Source: Schizochytrium sp. TIO01 (lineage: Eukaryota; Protista; Bigyra: Labyrinthulomycetes). Taken from it: a stretch of DNA of 64,000 nt. The translations under genes and the position numbers were made by a program. Numbering within the stretch: the first letter of the stretch is position 1; every line of letters begins with the position of its first letter. Where the stretch lies: contig SMSO01000035.1 of assembly GCA_004764695.1 (NCBI GenBank), positions 2,480,001-2,544,000 on the forward strand, in the 5' to 3' direction. The notes under the pieces were generated by a model, which was not told the DNA's origin, ran no database searches, and was given only the letters and a program-made list of their open reading frames with translations. Of the stretch, positions 1 to 11,554 are shown piece by piece.

Positions 1-1245
1 ATCATCATTCTAATTCCTCAGCAATGTACTATAGATGGGCTCTTCAAAATATAGCGCAAGCCACAAACATGCCTTTTGTTTACTTTTTCTACTTTCATTT
101 TTAAGTCTTATACTGAAGCATACATCAGACAAACTTATACACGAACTCGGGCGAATATGTGTGAAGATTGATATACAGGAACTCCTATAGGTGAATTTCG
201 TCTTTCTTTTTTATTTTGAAGATTATTAAACCCTTAAAAGAAGCTTTCAATAAAACCCTTCAACTTTATCATTACGTCATGTAGCAACAATCTCCTGCTT
301 GAATTGCACGACATTTTTCAAAACACAGTGCTTACCTCATCTACAGCAATGAACATCACAGAACCGCGAGAACGCATTTCTATCCTTGTACTTTCCAGTT
401 CTATTTATTCCTCCTTTCTTTCCCCAGTTCTTTATGGTGGGGTTTAGTAGAAATATTAATTTTAAAAAAATTTATAAAATACATCTCTGTTTTTAATCAT
501 GCTAATTCATTTTTTTTTTAATCATGATTTTCTTACATACTATTTTATTTTATTCTTTTAAAACGAACACAGAAACGACTTCTTTCAGCTTTACTTCGGT
601 TTGAAGGTGGATGACAAATATATTCTGACTTGCTTTAGCTGCCGTGAGCTTATTTATCTCTGCACTGTATATCGCTCTGGATTCTTCTTACCTAGAATAT
701 TTAATATTTGTTTTGTTTTTTTCCTAATTAAGTAAAACAACAATTACTTTCCCCGAACCAGAATAACTAGCCTTTACTGTAGTAAGAACATGTTTTTTCA
801 ATTTGCTTTTCTGTTGTTTTTCCTGTCTTTGTAGTTAGTTCCCCGCTGTGCTAAAGAACGTGGATCCTTACAGAACAGGGTTCTTTCGTAGCGCCCTCAA
901 GCCACCCCAGCGCCTGTGTGCAGCCGAGTCACTTGTCAGTCGTCCAAAATATTTAAAAGGGAGCTGACTACGATGTCGCAGCAGTTCCTCCTTTAGGCAA
1001 ATCATGGACACTCAGGTGTCGCATGACGCACTAACAGTGCGCCCAGATACGCTATAAATAAAACTAGCGGCCTTTATTCTACATCTTCTACATCTTCAAA
1101 TCGTGTGTGCTATTTCTCTCTTTCTTTTCATTAATGCTAGAGCTTTGCACCTTGAATCGCATATTAGTTTTGAAAACAAAATGATTATATATGTATTGAG
1201 CTCTCTTTTTTTCTCTTCTCCCCCTTTCTTTGTAAATTACAAATT

Positions 1246-1271
1246 TAATTAATTAATTAATTAATTAATTA
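1246..1271. repeat. (TTAA)n microsatellite
   Basis: About six tandem TTAA units, directly visible. Confidence 0.85.
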
Positions 1272-2045
1272 AAATACGGGCAATGTGCAGAACACATGGT
1301 AGTTCGGTGTTTCCACTTGAAAAAGACGGCTCTGCTGAAGCTGCTCGTTGCAAAGAGTTGTTGCGTATTCACGTGCGGTGATGGCACGTGATTGTGATGA
1401 ACTTTTGGGCAGGGCTTCTTCGAGCAAGCGAGCAATAGAGAGTCGCTCCAGGCTGGCCACCTACTGCTGCTGCTATCTCCCAAGAACCTGGAGTTCTTCC
1501 TCCTTGAAGGCGATTTCGTTCACACTGCTAGGCTAACAGAGGATCATCGTAGAGTAATCGCTAGGTTGCGGACTCTACGCAGCTTTAGAGCTACCAGCTG
1601 TTCTTGTGAGTACTCGAAAGTAAGGGTCTTCTCGTAACTAGAGCTGCGAGTAAAGCTGGATGGGCTTGCTTTACATGCTGTTCTCAGATGCCTCGTCAAG
1701 CCCAGGCTCGGTGGAACGGACGTCAGTTAGTCAGCTGTCTGAGGCTTTTGCAAGAGCACCACACGGAATAAATGTTAGTTCACGTGCTGAGATTGATTTT
1801 CCTCGAGAGCTTTGTTTGCTCAGTGTTGAGAAAACTCTCCCAAAGCAAGCTTCTCCCGATCTATCGTGTTTAGGCTATTAAGTAAAACCCAGCATGCTCG
1901 ACCAAAACATCACCCAAAAGTTGCCACTTTGAGTTGGTCCTGAGGTGGTGAAATTCATGACAGATGGAAAGGAAAAAGTTGGCCAGGCTTTCCACGAGAC
2001 TTGAAGTGCTTGAACAAATTATTCCACACGCAACTCGTATGTCAA

Positions 2046-2075
2046 TCAATGAATGAATGAATGAATGAATGAATA
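2046..2075. repeat. (GAAT)n microsatellite
   Basis: aatgaatgaatgaatgaatgaatgaat run. Confidence 0.8.
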
Positions 2076-5000
2076 GATAAATAAATGATCGATAGATACT
2101 CCCACCACAAGGCCGGCAGCCCAAATCAGCATAACTCTCGCCATTGAAGTGGTGGACCCACTAATGCATGCGAGGATTTCACATTGTCATCATCTTGTTG
2201 GGTCTGTTCTTCAGTATCTTGTTTTCCTCTAGAGAAGAGATAAAGAATAAGCAAGAACAACTTGTTTGCGCTAGCTACAAACTTTTGCATATGGCAAAGC
2301 AGTTTAATTGCCGTCAGCTTGGAAATTGTCGAAATGATGCTTGATTATGTTTGCTAATTCCGCTGCAAGCCCAGCTCTTTTACTATTGCGAAAGCCTACA
2401 TCGCGAACGAGGCGTTCTGTGGCCAGGTTTCAAAAGCAGTGAGAACGAAGAAGAATTAAAGCGCACGGAACCTTGATACCAACTAACATCTAGCATCAGC
2501 CAAAGTGTGCGTATTAATCGCTTCTACTATTTTTTACTTCTTCCTACCTGAGCACTTTAGTTCCTAGTCCATAATTTTGTCTTTAATTTTTAAATGTGCG
2601 AACTTCCTTTTCTCTCTTTCTCGTCTTTTTTATTATCTATTGTTTGTTGGAAACAAATTTACTGATGCCTCACTTTTTTTCCTATGAGCAGTCATTATTT
2701 TGATTCTTCTTTTTCAATTTCTTTTCTCCTGCTTTTTAATGAGTTGGTTTTTACTAATTTTTTACTAATTTTGTAATGTGAAAAGGAAATGGGGAAAAGG
2801 AAAAGGAAAAGAACTCTTTCGAGTAGATAATATATTTGTTTGTTTGTTATTCTTTGTGAATAGCTGCAACTAACTAACAGGTTATATCGGCCACTCTGGA
2901 GGCGAATTTACAAATACTGCGCAAGGCGTTTGGCTTGACCAACTCGTGCTATGTCTACGTGGCACGGAATGAGAGACGGTCCTTCTCCGAGCACTGGCGA
3001 AGGAACCTGAGCGAATTCCTTCCTAGTATTAGATCGCGAAATTCTCAACAATAGTACTCATTTTCCTCTAATGTTGATTTGGCGGAAAGTGACGTATTCT
3101 CTTTGTTGGTTGAAGGAATATTAAAAGAGGTTTTCCTGACTCGACAAAATCACGCCGCTTCGAGCGTCTCCATATGCTGTTTAGTAAAAGGCATCGATCG
3201 TGTATATAATTCATTCATTCATTCATCGTGCAAACAGAAGCTTTTAGTACACTTCGATCTTTCCCAATTTCAGACGATTTGAAGAGGAAATAATTTCGTG
3301 TCCTCGACACCATGTTTTCTGTTTGCCAGTAGCACCAATTTGCCAGATACAGGAAGACGGCTTGTTCAAAGAAACATTCATCTGCCCGCTAGCTAATCGA
3401 TAATTACTGATTCCAGCTTGTAATACACAGGGCTTTTACGTGTCATTTATGATTTCTTGTCCAGAATATCTATGCAGCATGAAAACCTTGCGCGCCAACA
3501 ATGCAAGTTTTGCGACAAGTTGTCACCTAGATGCTGTCGATTGAGTAGAACATTTAGAGCATCTTCGAAACAGCAAATTCTTTGACTCGTGGGGCGGCCG
3601 TGAGGAGCAGTTGCAACGGTAGAAGGAGCTAAATATGCAAAGCGGTTTTTTTATTAGTTTGTTGTTGTCTATTTGGTAAAGGTGTTTGTTTGGGTTTCTT
3701 TTTCAATTAAGATAAAACTTTACGAAGTACCTAGCGAGGTGCACCCAGTGGAAGGCGTCTACAACAGCAAGTTTTATTTGGAGCTGTGTTTTTCTTTACT
3801 ATCTATCTGCTCCCAAGAACTATAAAATCCTGGCTGCCTCCTCTCATCGAGTTTGCTTTCGATGCAAGGAGCCTCTCTGGTTGGGCGGCATGTGCGGATT
3901 AGTTCACGGTCGTGGCCGCCTAAAATGAAGGGCATTTCAAGTTTGATCTATAGTGAGACCATTTGTTTTAACTTTTGGATGCACTGCTAGTGTTTTTAAT
4001 AAAGGGGAAAGACCTGTGGGCCATTTGCTGCATCATCACGCCAAATCGTGCAGGTACTACTGAGGCTACCTACTTAGATGATCGATGTCGACCAAAGTGC
4101 ATCGCAGAGAAAGCCAAGACAAACATACCTCAAGCGAACTCAAGCTAAACAGAGCAGAAGACAATGACCAGGAAAACCTCTGCTCTGGCAGTGGTGCTGG
4201 ACACCAAACCAAGCATCTATTCACGCGCGTTGCTTAAAGTTGCTCAAGGTTGCTCGCGTTGCTGTTTTCGAAACCTTTGTAAAAAAATACACACCCCACA
4301 GAGATACGATGGTTCTACGAGTGGCTAGCACTTACTTCTCTGAGTACTGAGGGCGCCAAGTAAAACGAGGGTTTTGCTGGCTGACTTGCTGGCTTGCTAA
4401 CTTGCGAATAGTAATAGCTCACGAATAGTGAAAGTAGAAGTACAGACAGTATGCGCGAGTGGGGGTTGCGCAAGTACTGCTCGTCTCCTTCAATAAATTC
4501 TTGAAGAACAAGTTAAACGCAGGCTCCACACGACACGGACACCGTGGAGGTTTCTGTGAAAATTTCTCATGATTCACGAAACTTTCGGGGCCGTTTTTAC
4601 AGTCTGCATTTTATGGTTTGCTCTTATGGAGAATTGTCCAAGGTCAAAATGTCGTCAGAATTTTCTAAACCAGCTCAATGCAAGCAAGTGTTTAAAGACC
4701 GCCATTAGTATTGACACGAATACCTGAAGTGCTCAAAAGCCCAACCTGCAGTGTTACCCGGAACTTGAAGATTTCACCACGCACTTACCGGCCGAGCTAC
4801 GAACAGCACCTCGGTCTCCAAGATAGCGCTGCATCATGTGTTGCTAACACCTACCTAGTAAATTGCACAGGAATCAATTTGCAAATCGGCGCCACAGGCC
4901 ATTTGCTGCATAAATACTTTTCCTTGGACACCAAACATAGAGATCTCGTAGAGCGGACACGACACAAGCTGCCTGCAAGCGAGCCAACGTTATCACACTA

Positions 5001-7065
5001 CTAACGATGGCGACGTCGACGCAGAGCTCTGCTCGCGAGGTTCCGACTGTGTCCAAGTTGAAATCGCCACGTGCTTAACCTACTCGTACTCGTCTCTCAA
5101 ATTCTTTACAATGATGACTAAATGTAGCTACGCATTAATTCATTTCACAAAATGAAAGTGTCCGAGAACCAGCTCTATCTATAAACAACTAATCTCTATC
5201 TATCGCGGGCCACGGCCCACGAAGAGCCCGGCTCAACCCGTCCCCACGAGTCTGAAAAACCGTGTCTGAAAAGCTTGAAACTTCTCCTAGCTCTTCGTGC
5301 AGTATAGCCACGTGCAGGACTTGCTTATGAACTTGCTTATAGAGGCCTTCAGCCCTGTGGAACACGCGCGTGTGTCCCGTTTAGAGTAAGAGATCTTCTC
5401 GGGACACTTTTACACACAAACCCACTCGCTACTTTAGAACTCTGCTCTACTCGATAAATCAGTGCCCACCCACCACATCTAATGATTGATCGCTTCCATG
5501 GTCGAAACGAATGATGTCTATGACGCAAGTGAGAGCAAGCTAAAGAAAGCACCAGGATGATCACCAAATTATTTCTTCTGGGGCTCTCTTAATTACCAAC
5601 CGGGCCTAAAAATGCAGGCGGTAGCAATTCTCAAGTCTTATTCTTCTATTTTATTTATTTTTAGTAACATTTTTAATTTTTAGAAAGTATCTATTTATTA
5701 TTATTATTTGTTGATTTTATTAATATGGAGGGCCGATATAATAAATTATAAAATATATGTATAGAAACCATTTGGTACCTATGTATAATGAAGGAGAATA
5801 AAAAGTCGCCTTCCTCTGGGAAGATTCGTGTCCTAATCGTGTGACATTATGATTAAAAAGGAGCATAAATGCAACATAACAGAAGGGCAACTGCTTGTTT
5901 GAAGAGCAATATCAAGAAGCGATGTGACTGTGATCTGGTTGCCCATTTATTGGCAAATTTTAAAGGTATGATCGTTTTCCACTTTTCACAATTTTTCAAT
6001 TTTTCAATTTAAAAATAATAATAATAAATCAACACGTCTTCTCTGTTCGCGTTCGTATTATGTTGTCGTTGCCATGATAGTTGCTTTGCTTTATCTCAGT
6101 GTTCTCACAAGTAAGCTGCTGGTAAGCTACTATTATTCTGTTTGATCTTCGCGAAACCAAACATAGTTCCCGAGCTGCGGATTTAATGATTTCAAATGTA
6201 TGTATCCCATTTCTGCCGGGGTGTGCGAACGAATCATAGCACTTGTGTTAGTAGTAGTATCGCTTGCTTCCTTCTACTAAAGAACCTTTGTTCTGATGGT
6301 GGAATAAAGTAAAACACACATGCAATTTCAGTCAGGAGACGCCTATTCAACATTGCAACTCTTATTGGAAAGTCGCTAGCAACATCATGCTAAAGATTCC
6401 AATCGGTCACAGCTCTATTCTCATGAGGACAAGAACGTTCAAGACTTACTTTTCTGAAATGAGAACGAAAACTAACCTCTAAAATTCTACCATATTATTC
6501 TTCCTTTTTCGGGATCTGAAGCTGTGTATCCGCTAGTAAATGACGCATGGGGTGTGCGAGAGAAATCTGCAGTAACAGACTCGAAGATTGCAAATGTTAA
6601 CTGCGTTCTTTAGTAGCCGTTTTCAGAAGAACAAAAAATACTCACGCAATATTTGAGCAAATTTACAAATCCAACCATGGACAAATTGCTGAACTAGAGC
6701 TAATCGCGCAGTACAGAACCTAAGCTTTAAAGCATGCAAATTTGACTGCGCTGTTATAACCATGAAGTGGATATATGATTATCTACTAATAGCTTAAGTT
6801 GTCCCGTTGCCTACGTTTCAAAATTTTAAACTACCTTACGAGAACCTCCAAGATTTAGTATTAAATGTATCATTCTGGCAATACTAATTGTGTGCTGCTT
6901 GAAGCTCTCGTCCAAAACACTCTTCGCAATGATTGTAGCACCTAATTCTAAAGTTAAACGCATCAAGTATTCCCAGCAATTAACTTTCGCTCCTGGCCGA
7001 AAAATCAATTTGCAACTAGCCCCTGATAGGCAGGGCTCTGGCAAAAAAAAGATAAATAAGTTTAG

Positions 7066-7074
7066 CCCTGGCTA
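7066..7074 (+). repeat. Left terminal inverted repeat CCCTGGCTA
   Basis: Exact reverse complement of 11546-11554; preceded by TTAG. Confidence 0.9.
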
Positions 7075-7104
7075 TTTTTCGGGACGTATTACGTCCCGAA
7101 AAAT
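7074..7104. repeat. Left subterminal perfect palindrome ATTTTTCGGGACGTA-T-TACGTCCCGAAAAAT (partial second copy at 7140-7162)
   Basis: 15-bp arms around one central T. Related copy near the right end at 11287-11313. Confidence 0.9.
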
Positions 7105-7577
7105 CGGATAAACTTTAATTTTCCCGGTAGAGTATTTAAGGACTTATTACGTCCCGAAAAATATGTACCTACTTGAGTCATTGATCAATTCAACAGTCTA
7201 GCTCTGTTCGGGATGAAACTCGTTTAGTTTACCCTCCCCGACCTCACCTGTCCATATGTTATCATGTTCTCATGATTCTCCGATTGATAGTTGAGTTTAG
7301 GACCAAACAATGACATTCTCAGTGGCGGTTAGGTGGTGGTTAGGTTAACAGGTATTTGACACATGGTCGTTAGGTTCTCCCACGGTACCTGTTCTACCAG
7401 ACAATTAATACTGATAAACATCAATAATATCTTGCGCCAGCATGTAGTGCCAGCAGTACCAACAAAAGTACATCATACCTTACTTCATCGTCCACTTGCT
7501 AGTCTACTTGGGATCTATCAGCACTTCCCTCAGCGAAGAGGTCCATTGGCGCTTGAGTTTAACGTCAGCTGTGTGTC

Positions 7578-10500
7578 ATGTCTCTAGATGACGTCGAGAA
7601 TGACAAGGACTCAATCTACATTTCCTCTGATGAGTCTTCTTCTGATGAAGACGAGAACGATCTCTATGAGTGTTCATCGGCAAGTACTCCTGGCCATGAA
7701 AACTGGACCTTTCAATCTTACTCCACTGAAGGCGCAAAGTACCACAGCAACCTATCTGGGTCTCAACTTGGCATGAACGCAGTCCAACTCAAGTACAATT
7801 GCTCAAGCGAATTAATGCTCCCCAAGGTTCAACAAGAAAGTTCGGAGATTACTAAAAGGATTCGAAAGGTTCTTCGTGTTGACAATAACTACAAATTTAC
7901 CAGGCTTGATAGTTTCAAGATTTGTTTGCCGCCAGGCTGGGTGATTGCAGTTAAGGAATGGTTGAATAGTCTTAGCTCAAACGCATCTCCGCCATTTTCT
8001 ATCACGGATCAAGATTTCCGTGCCTACCTTCTCGTTGAAATTTCTCTGCGAGTTGCAGGAAAGTCGTTCTCGGAGTGTCTTGAGGACCCACCAGGTCATT
8101 GGAATCTAGCCCATACGGTATCCTATTCAAAAGTTCGAAAGGCAATGAGCCTGGACAAGTCCAATCGGGCAACAAAAGGGTCACGCGAGGCTAGAGTATG
8201 CTCCTCAAGTCCGATCATCCATGAAATGGGAGGTGCTGCTCAGCGCCATTGGGTGAAGATGTTCTTTGTCCCTAAAACCACTTGGATCGATCTTGATGAC
8301 GACAAGCTTCCCTATGGTTCTCCTCAGTGGGAGAATTTTGGAATTCGTACCATTCCAACGAAAACAAAAAAACAGAAACCCGTGATACATCTTGTGTGCT
8401 CTGTGGGTACAGGTCTGCTCCTAGTACCACGGTTAGAGACTTCCCACTCACCTGTTCATAAAATTGTAAGCAAGGCAATAGATTTTCTGAATGAGGGGGA
8501 GTCAGGAGAAAGCCCTGATGCGTCTGTGTCTTCAGAGCTTCGTGTATTCATTGATCGTGGTTATCTGGCATTATCGAAACCTCAGGATATGGATCGTGCA
8601 ACAAACATAACTCAAATTCTTCAGTCAAAGGGAGTCAAATTTCTTGGAACTTGTCGCAAGACCTCGTCATTCCCGTTTATAGATGTTGAAGGACCAGTTC
8701 CTGCTACGCCTGTGAGGGGAAGTCAAACTATCATTAACAGGAATGGCCGTCGAAGCACCTACACCGCTCAAAGATACCAGAATGGCGATTTTGTTGCTGC
8801 GATGATGATGCGTCACGGTGCGGGAAAGCATAGAGTTGCACAACTCATCACGAACGACCGTTGTTTGGCTGACCAAGTTTGGAGTTACGAAGTACTTCCT
8901 GCTGGAGTAGATTGGAACTCACCAGGTGGTGTAAAGCGCGTTCCACATGCTGAGATTGAGATAGAGCCGTGTGACATGAGTACATATAAGATGAAGGCAC
9001 AAGCTAATCATAAAATTAACCTTGTGAACGCCAATATCTTCTCAATGACAATTTCCCAAAGAACACCTGACTGGTTTATGGCTCGGCAATTTAGAATTAC
9101 AAGCACCGGTGCTTTTACCTGTATCAACTTTAAAAATGCTCCATTCGTTCATTCGGATGAGCTTATGGCCTTACACCACGATGTGAAATCGTTCGCTTGT
9201 CTTGACCCGCAACGAATTATCTCATTATTCCCCCGTCCTAATAAGCGTTCTTCTTATTCATCTGAAGGAGCTCAGAAGCAATATAAAAGGAAGCGTCAAG
9301 GGGAGGGTCTTATTCTTGAATATACATACTGGATGCAACGTATGAACAAAAATGAGCTTATCCAAAAGTTACTTTCTTTGGATGTAGGTGCAAAGACTGA
9401 TGGCAAAAAGATCGAACTAGCCAAGCGGATCGTAGACATCCTATCAAGAACTATAGATCATGAAACGGTCTCAAACGGAGAACTATCTTCCTTACAGGAA
9501 GACATACACCCTCAGCATGCATCTCAGGAGTCCACTACTCAAGACCTGCTGGAAATGAGTGACAGTAGTGACATTGGGGACAGCTTTCCCTTGCACAATT
9601 CTGAAACGATTGATGATAACCATACATGCACTTTCGAGGAACGCCAGAAATCATTTCTTAGAACAATCACACCAAGTTGGTTTATGAAGCCTATTCAAAA
9701 TGGGTTTTCGAATCATAAAAACCCACTGGCTTTGGGGATTGAAAATGAGGCAGACGTGGCGAAAGATCTTTCCAGATGGGTTAAGAAAGCAAGTTCCAAT
9801 AAATTCTGTATTCTCCAGCTACGCAAATATGGTCTGATTATTAATCGGGAAGTCCAATTTGTAGCAGACTCACCCGACGGTGCAGCTGTTCTTTTGAGGA
9901 ATACAGAGCTAGAAGGAAACAATTTTGTTATAGATGATGTATTTGCCTTAGAAATCAAAACAAGTACAAATGCCAAAACTATAGATGAGTTAAAGTCTCG
10001 AGTTGCTGGTCAGAGTGCGTGGCACGAATGCAAATGTGGAACAAGTGAGTTCGAGTCGTTAGTCCCAAATCCGTCGTTTCGAACTCAGTGTATCCATCAT
10101 GCAGCTACTTTAGATGTCCCTTACACCCTCCTTATATATGCCACAACTGAGGAAATCATGCAAGGAGTGCTAATCAAAGTCTCATGTGCCCAGCGCCAGT
10201 CATGGCGTGAGTATTTCAAAGCGTTGAGTGATGAATACATGGGCTTTGCTTATGGCAATCAACTTGGTAGGTTTCCTCGTTTTGCACCAGACCAATCACC
10301 AGACTGGGGTTATGCTGTGGATTTACACAGTGCCGAACTCGCTTTGCAGCTTTGGCGGAGGCATAGTGACGACGTGCTGGTCAACGGAACCCCACCGCCT
10401 TGCAAACGCCTACTGCCTTTGACTGTTAGTGTCTGGAATAAGATGATGGGCGGAGTTGATATCACTAGAAAAACTATCAATGGAGCGAGCATTCGTACTT

Positions 10501-11093
10501 CAAAGCTGACTCCTAATGCTTTGGTTTGTTTAACATTCATTGACTATATTTTATACAACTCGTTTCGAGCGTATCAGCTCCTCTCAATGGAGCATCGGAA
10601 CCTCACATCGAAGTGTAAAACAATTACGGAATGGTCAATGCTACGCAAAAATCTGTGCTGCTATAGAGGCTATCTAAGTAGTCTCGCAGAAGAAATTAGG
10701 GTTGTCTCAATGGAATCCCTTTACCCATTTGACAATACTTGTTCCATGTCTGACATAGAATTCTGCTGGAGAGCAACTGATAACACCATTTCGCCTACTT
10801 CTACAGCCTCGCTAGAATCGCCGCAACAGTATCAATACAGTAAGTCACGACTCCCAGAACTTCTACAAACTCGTTTAGTTGGACAGCATGAATGCGTGGG
10901 CAAGTTCAAGAAGAGGGGAGCCTGCATTATGTGTTGTGTTGATTGCGAACGGGGATCGGCGCCAGACCATCCATATCGTAATCCACGGAAGACCACTCGA
11001 TGGTGCCAAACTTGCAATGCTTACATTTGTAAGCATTGCAATATCAAATTTCATAGCGAGGAGCAAATTACGATTCCTCATTTCCATACATAA
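7578..11093 (+). CDS. piggyBac-like DDD transposase (1171 aa) with internal YqaJ/lambda-exonuclease-like domain, SAP-like motif and C-terminal Cys-rich domain
   Basis: Acidic N-terminus. WIDLDDDK (D240), VFIDRGY (D326) plus FLGTCR, and WNKMMGGVDI (D961) match the piggyBac DDD motifs. C-terminal CIMCC..RKTTRWCQTCNAYICKHCNIKFH is the Cys-rich domain. Nuclease motifs: QRTPDWFMARQFRITST, GIENE, GLIIN..VADSPDG, LEIKT, TQCIHH. Confidence 0.9.
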   Translation: MSLDDVENDKDSIYISSDESSSDEDENDLYECSSASTPGHENWTFQSYSTEGAKYHSNLSGSQLGMNAVQLKYNCSSELMLPKVQQESSEITKRIRKVLRVDNNYKFTRLDSFKICLPPGWVIAVKEWLNSLSSNASPPFSITDQDFRAYLLVEISLRVAGKSFSECLEDPPGHWNLAHTVSYSKVRKAMSLDKSNRATKGSREARVCSSSPIIHEMGGAAQRHWVKMFFVPKTTWIDLDDDKLPYGSPQWENFGIRTIPTKTKKQKPVIHLVCSVGTGLLLVPRLETSHSPVHKIVSKAIDFLNEGESGESPDASVSSELRVFIDRGYLALSKPQDMDRATNITQILQSKGVKFLGTCRKTSSFPFIDVEGPVPATPVRGSQTIINRNGRRSTYTAQRYQNGDFVAAMMMRHGAGKHRVAQLITNDRCLADQVWSYEVLPAGVDWNSPGGVKRVPHAEIEIEPCDMSTYKMKAQANHKINLVNANIFSMTISQRTPDWFMARQFRITSTGAFTCINFKNAPFVHSDELMALHHDVKSFACLDPQRIISLFPRPNKRSSYSSEGAQKQYKRKRQGEGLILEYTYWMQRMNKNELIQKLLSLDVGAKTDGKKIELAKRIVDILSRTIDHETVSNGELSSLQEDIHPQHASQESTTQDLLEMSDSSDIGDSFPLHNSETIDDNHTCTFEERQKSFLRTITPSWFMKPIQNGFSNHKNPLALGIENEADVAKDLSRWVKKASSNKFCILQLRKYGLIINREVQFVADSPDGAAVLLRNTELEGNNFVIDDVFALEIKTSTNAKTIDELKSRVAGQSAWHECKCGTSEFESLVPNPSFRTQCIHHAATLDVPYTLLIYATTEEIMQGVLIKVSCAQRQSWREYFKALSDEYMGFAYGNQLGRFPRFAPDQSPDWGYAVDLHSAELALQLWRRHSDDVLVNGTPPPCKRLLPLTVSVWNKMMGGVDITRKTINGASIRTSKLTPNALVCLTFIDYILYNSFRAYQLLSMEHRNLTSKCKTITEWSMLRKNLCCYRGYLSSLAEEIRVVSMESLYPFDNTCSMSDIEFCWRATDNTISPTSTASLESPQQYQYSKSRLPELLQTRLVGQHECVGKFKKRGACIMCCVDCERGSAPDHPYRNPRKTTRWCQTCNAYICKHCNIKFHSEEQITIPHFHT

Positions 11094-11286
11094 AAATTAT
11101 CCACACAAAAAATTAATATTACATTTAGCTTATATAAAATCTTCATTTATCGCGAAATCTTCATCTTTAGATGTTTCTCCGACTTGAGCAACGCAAAAAT
11201 AAACTACTATTGTTTATATTAACTAAACTATTAAACTAACCAAAATACCCAAACTCTTATACGTTTTCGCTAATGCAAAGTTCAGT

Positions 11287-11313
11287 TTTTCAGGACGTAT
11301 TACGTCCTGAAAA
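11287..11313. repeat. Right subterminal palindrome TTTTCAGGACGTA-T-TACGTCCTGAAAA
   Basis: Same motif as 7074-7104 with a compensatory G>A / C>T pair. Confidence 0.9.
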
Positions 11314-11545
11314 TCTAAAGGCCTATTTGCCCTATTAGGCCGTTTTATCGAGGTTGTGAGCCAATTTTTGGACGAGTAGCGTGAGCTCAATACGCTTGCT
11401 TCTGCAAAGAAATCGTGCTCAGTTTAGGGAAACAGTTGTTTCAACATGATCATACAATCAAATTTACGATTTTAGATCTTTACAGGGTTTTCTGGCGATT
11501 TTAGTCAAAAATATTTTGCGGACATAATTCGGGACATTTTGAATT

Positions 11546-11554
11546 TAGCCAGGG
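11546..11554 (-). repeat. Right terminal inverted repeat (TAGCCAGGG)
   Basis: Reverse complement of 7066-7074; followed by TTAG. Confidence 0.9.

Larger units (their letters stand above)
7066..11554 (+). mobile_element. Full-length piggyBac-superfamily DNA transposon (4,489 bp) with TTAG target-site duplication
   Basis: Left end TTAG|CCCTGGCTA (TSD 7062-7065, TIR 7066-7074). Right end TAGCCAGGG|TTAG (TIR 11546-11554, TSD 11555-11558). CCC..GGG termini are typical of piggyBac. Encloses one intact transposase ORF and matching subterminal palindromes. Confidence 0.92.

Noticed and set aside
4019-4937. Repeated GGCCATTTGCTGCAT (4019, 4897) and TGGACACCAAAC as LTR-like repeats
   Set aside because: Matches are short, spacing differs between copies, and there are no TG..CA ends or internal coding remnants.
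1-6800. Short ORFs and possible RNA genes in the first 6.8 kb
   Set aside because: No tRNA, rRNA or snRNA signature recognised. The ORFs are short and motif-free, though some may be decayed coding sequence.
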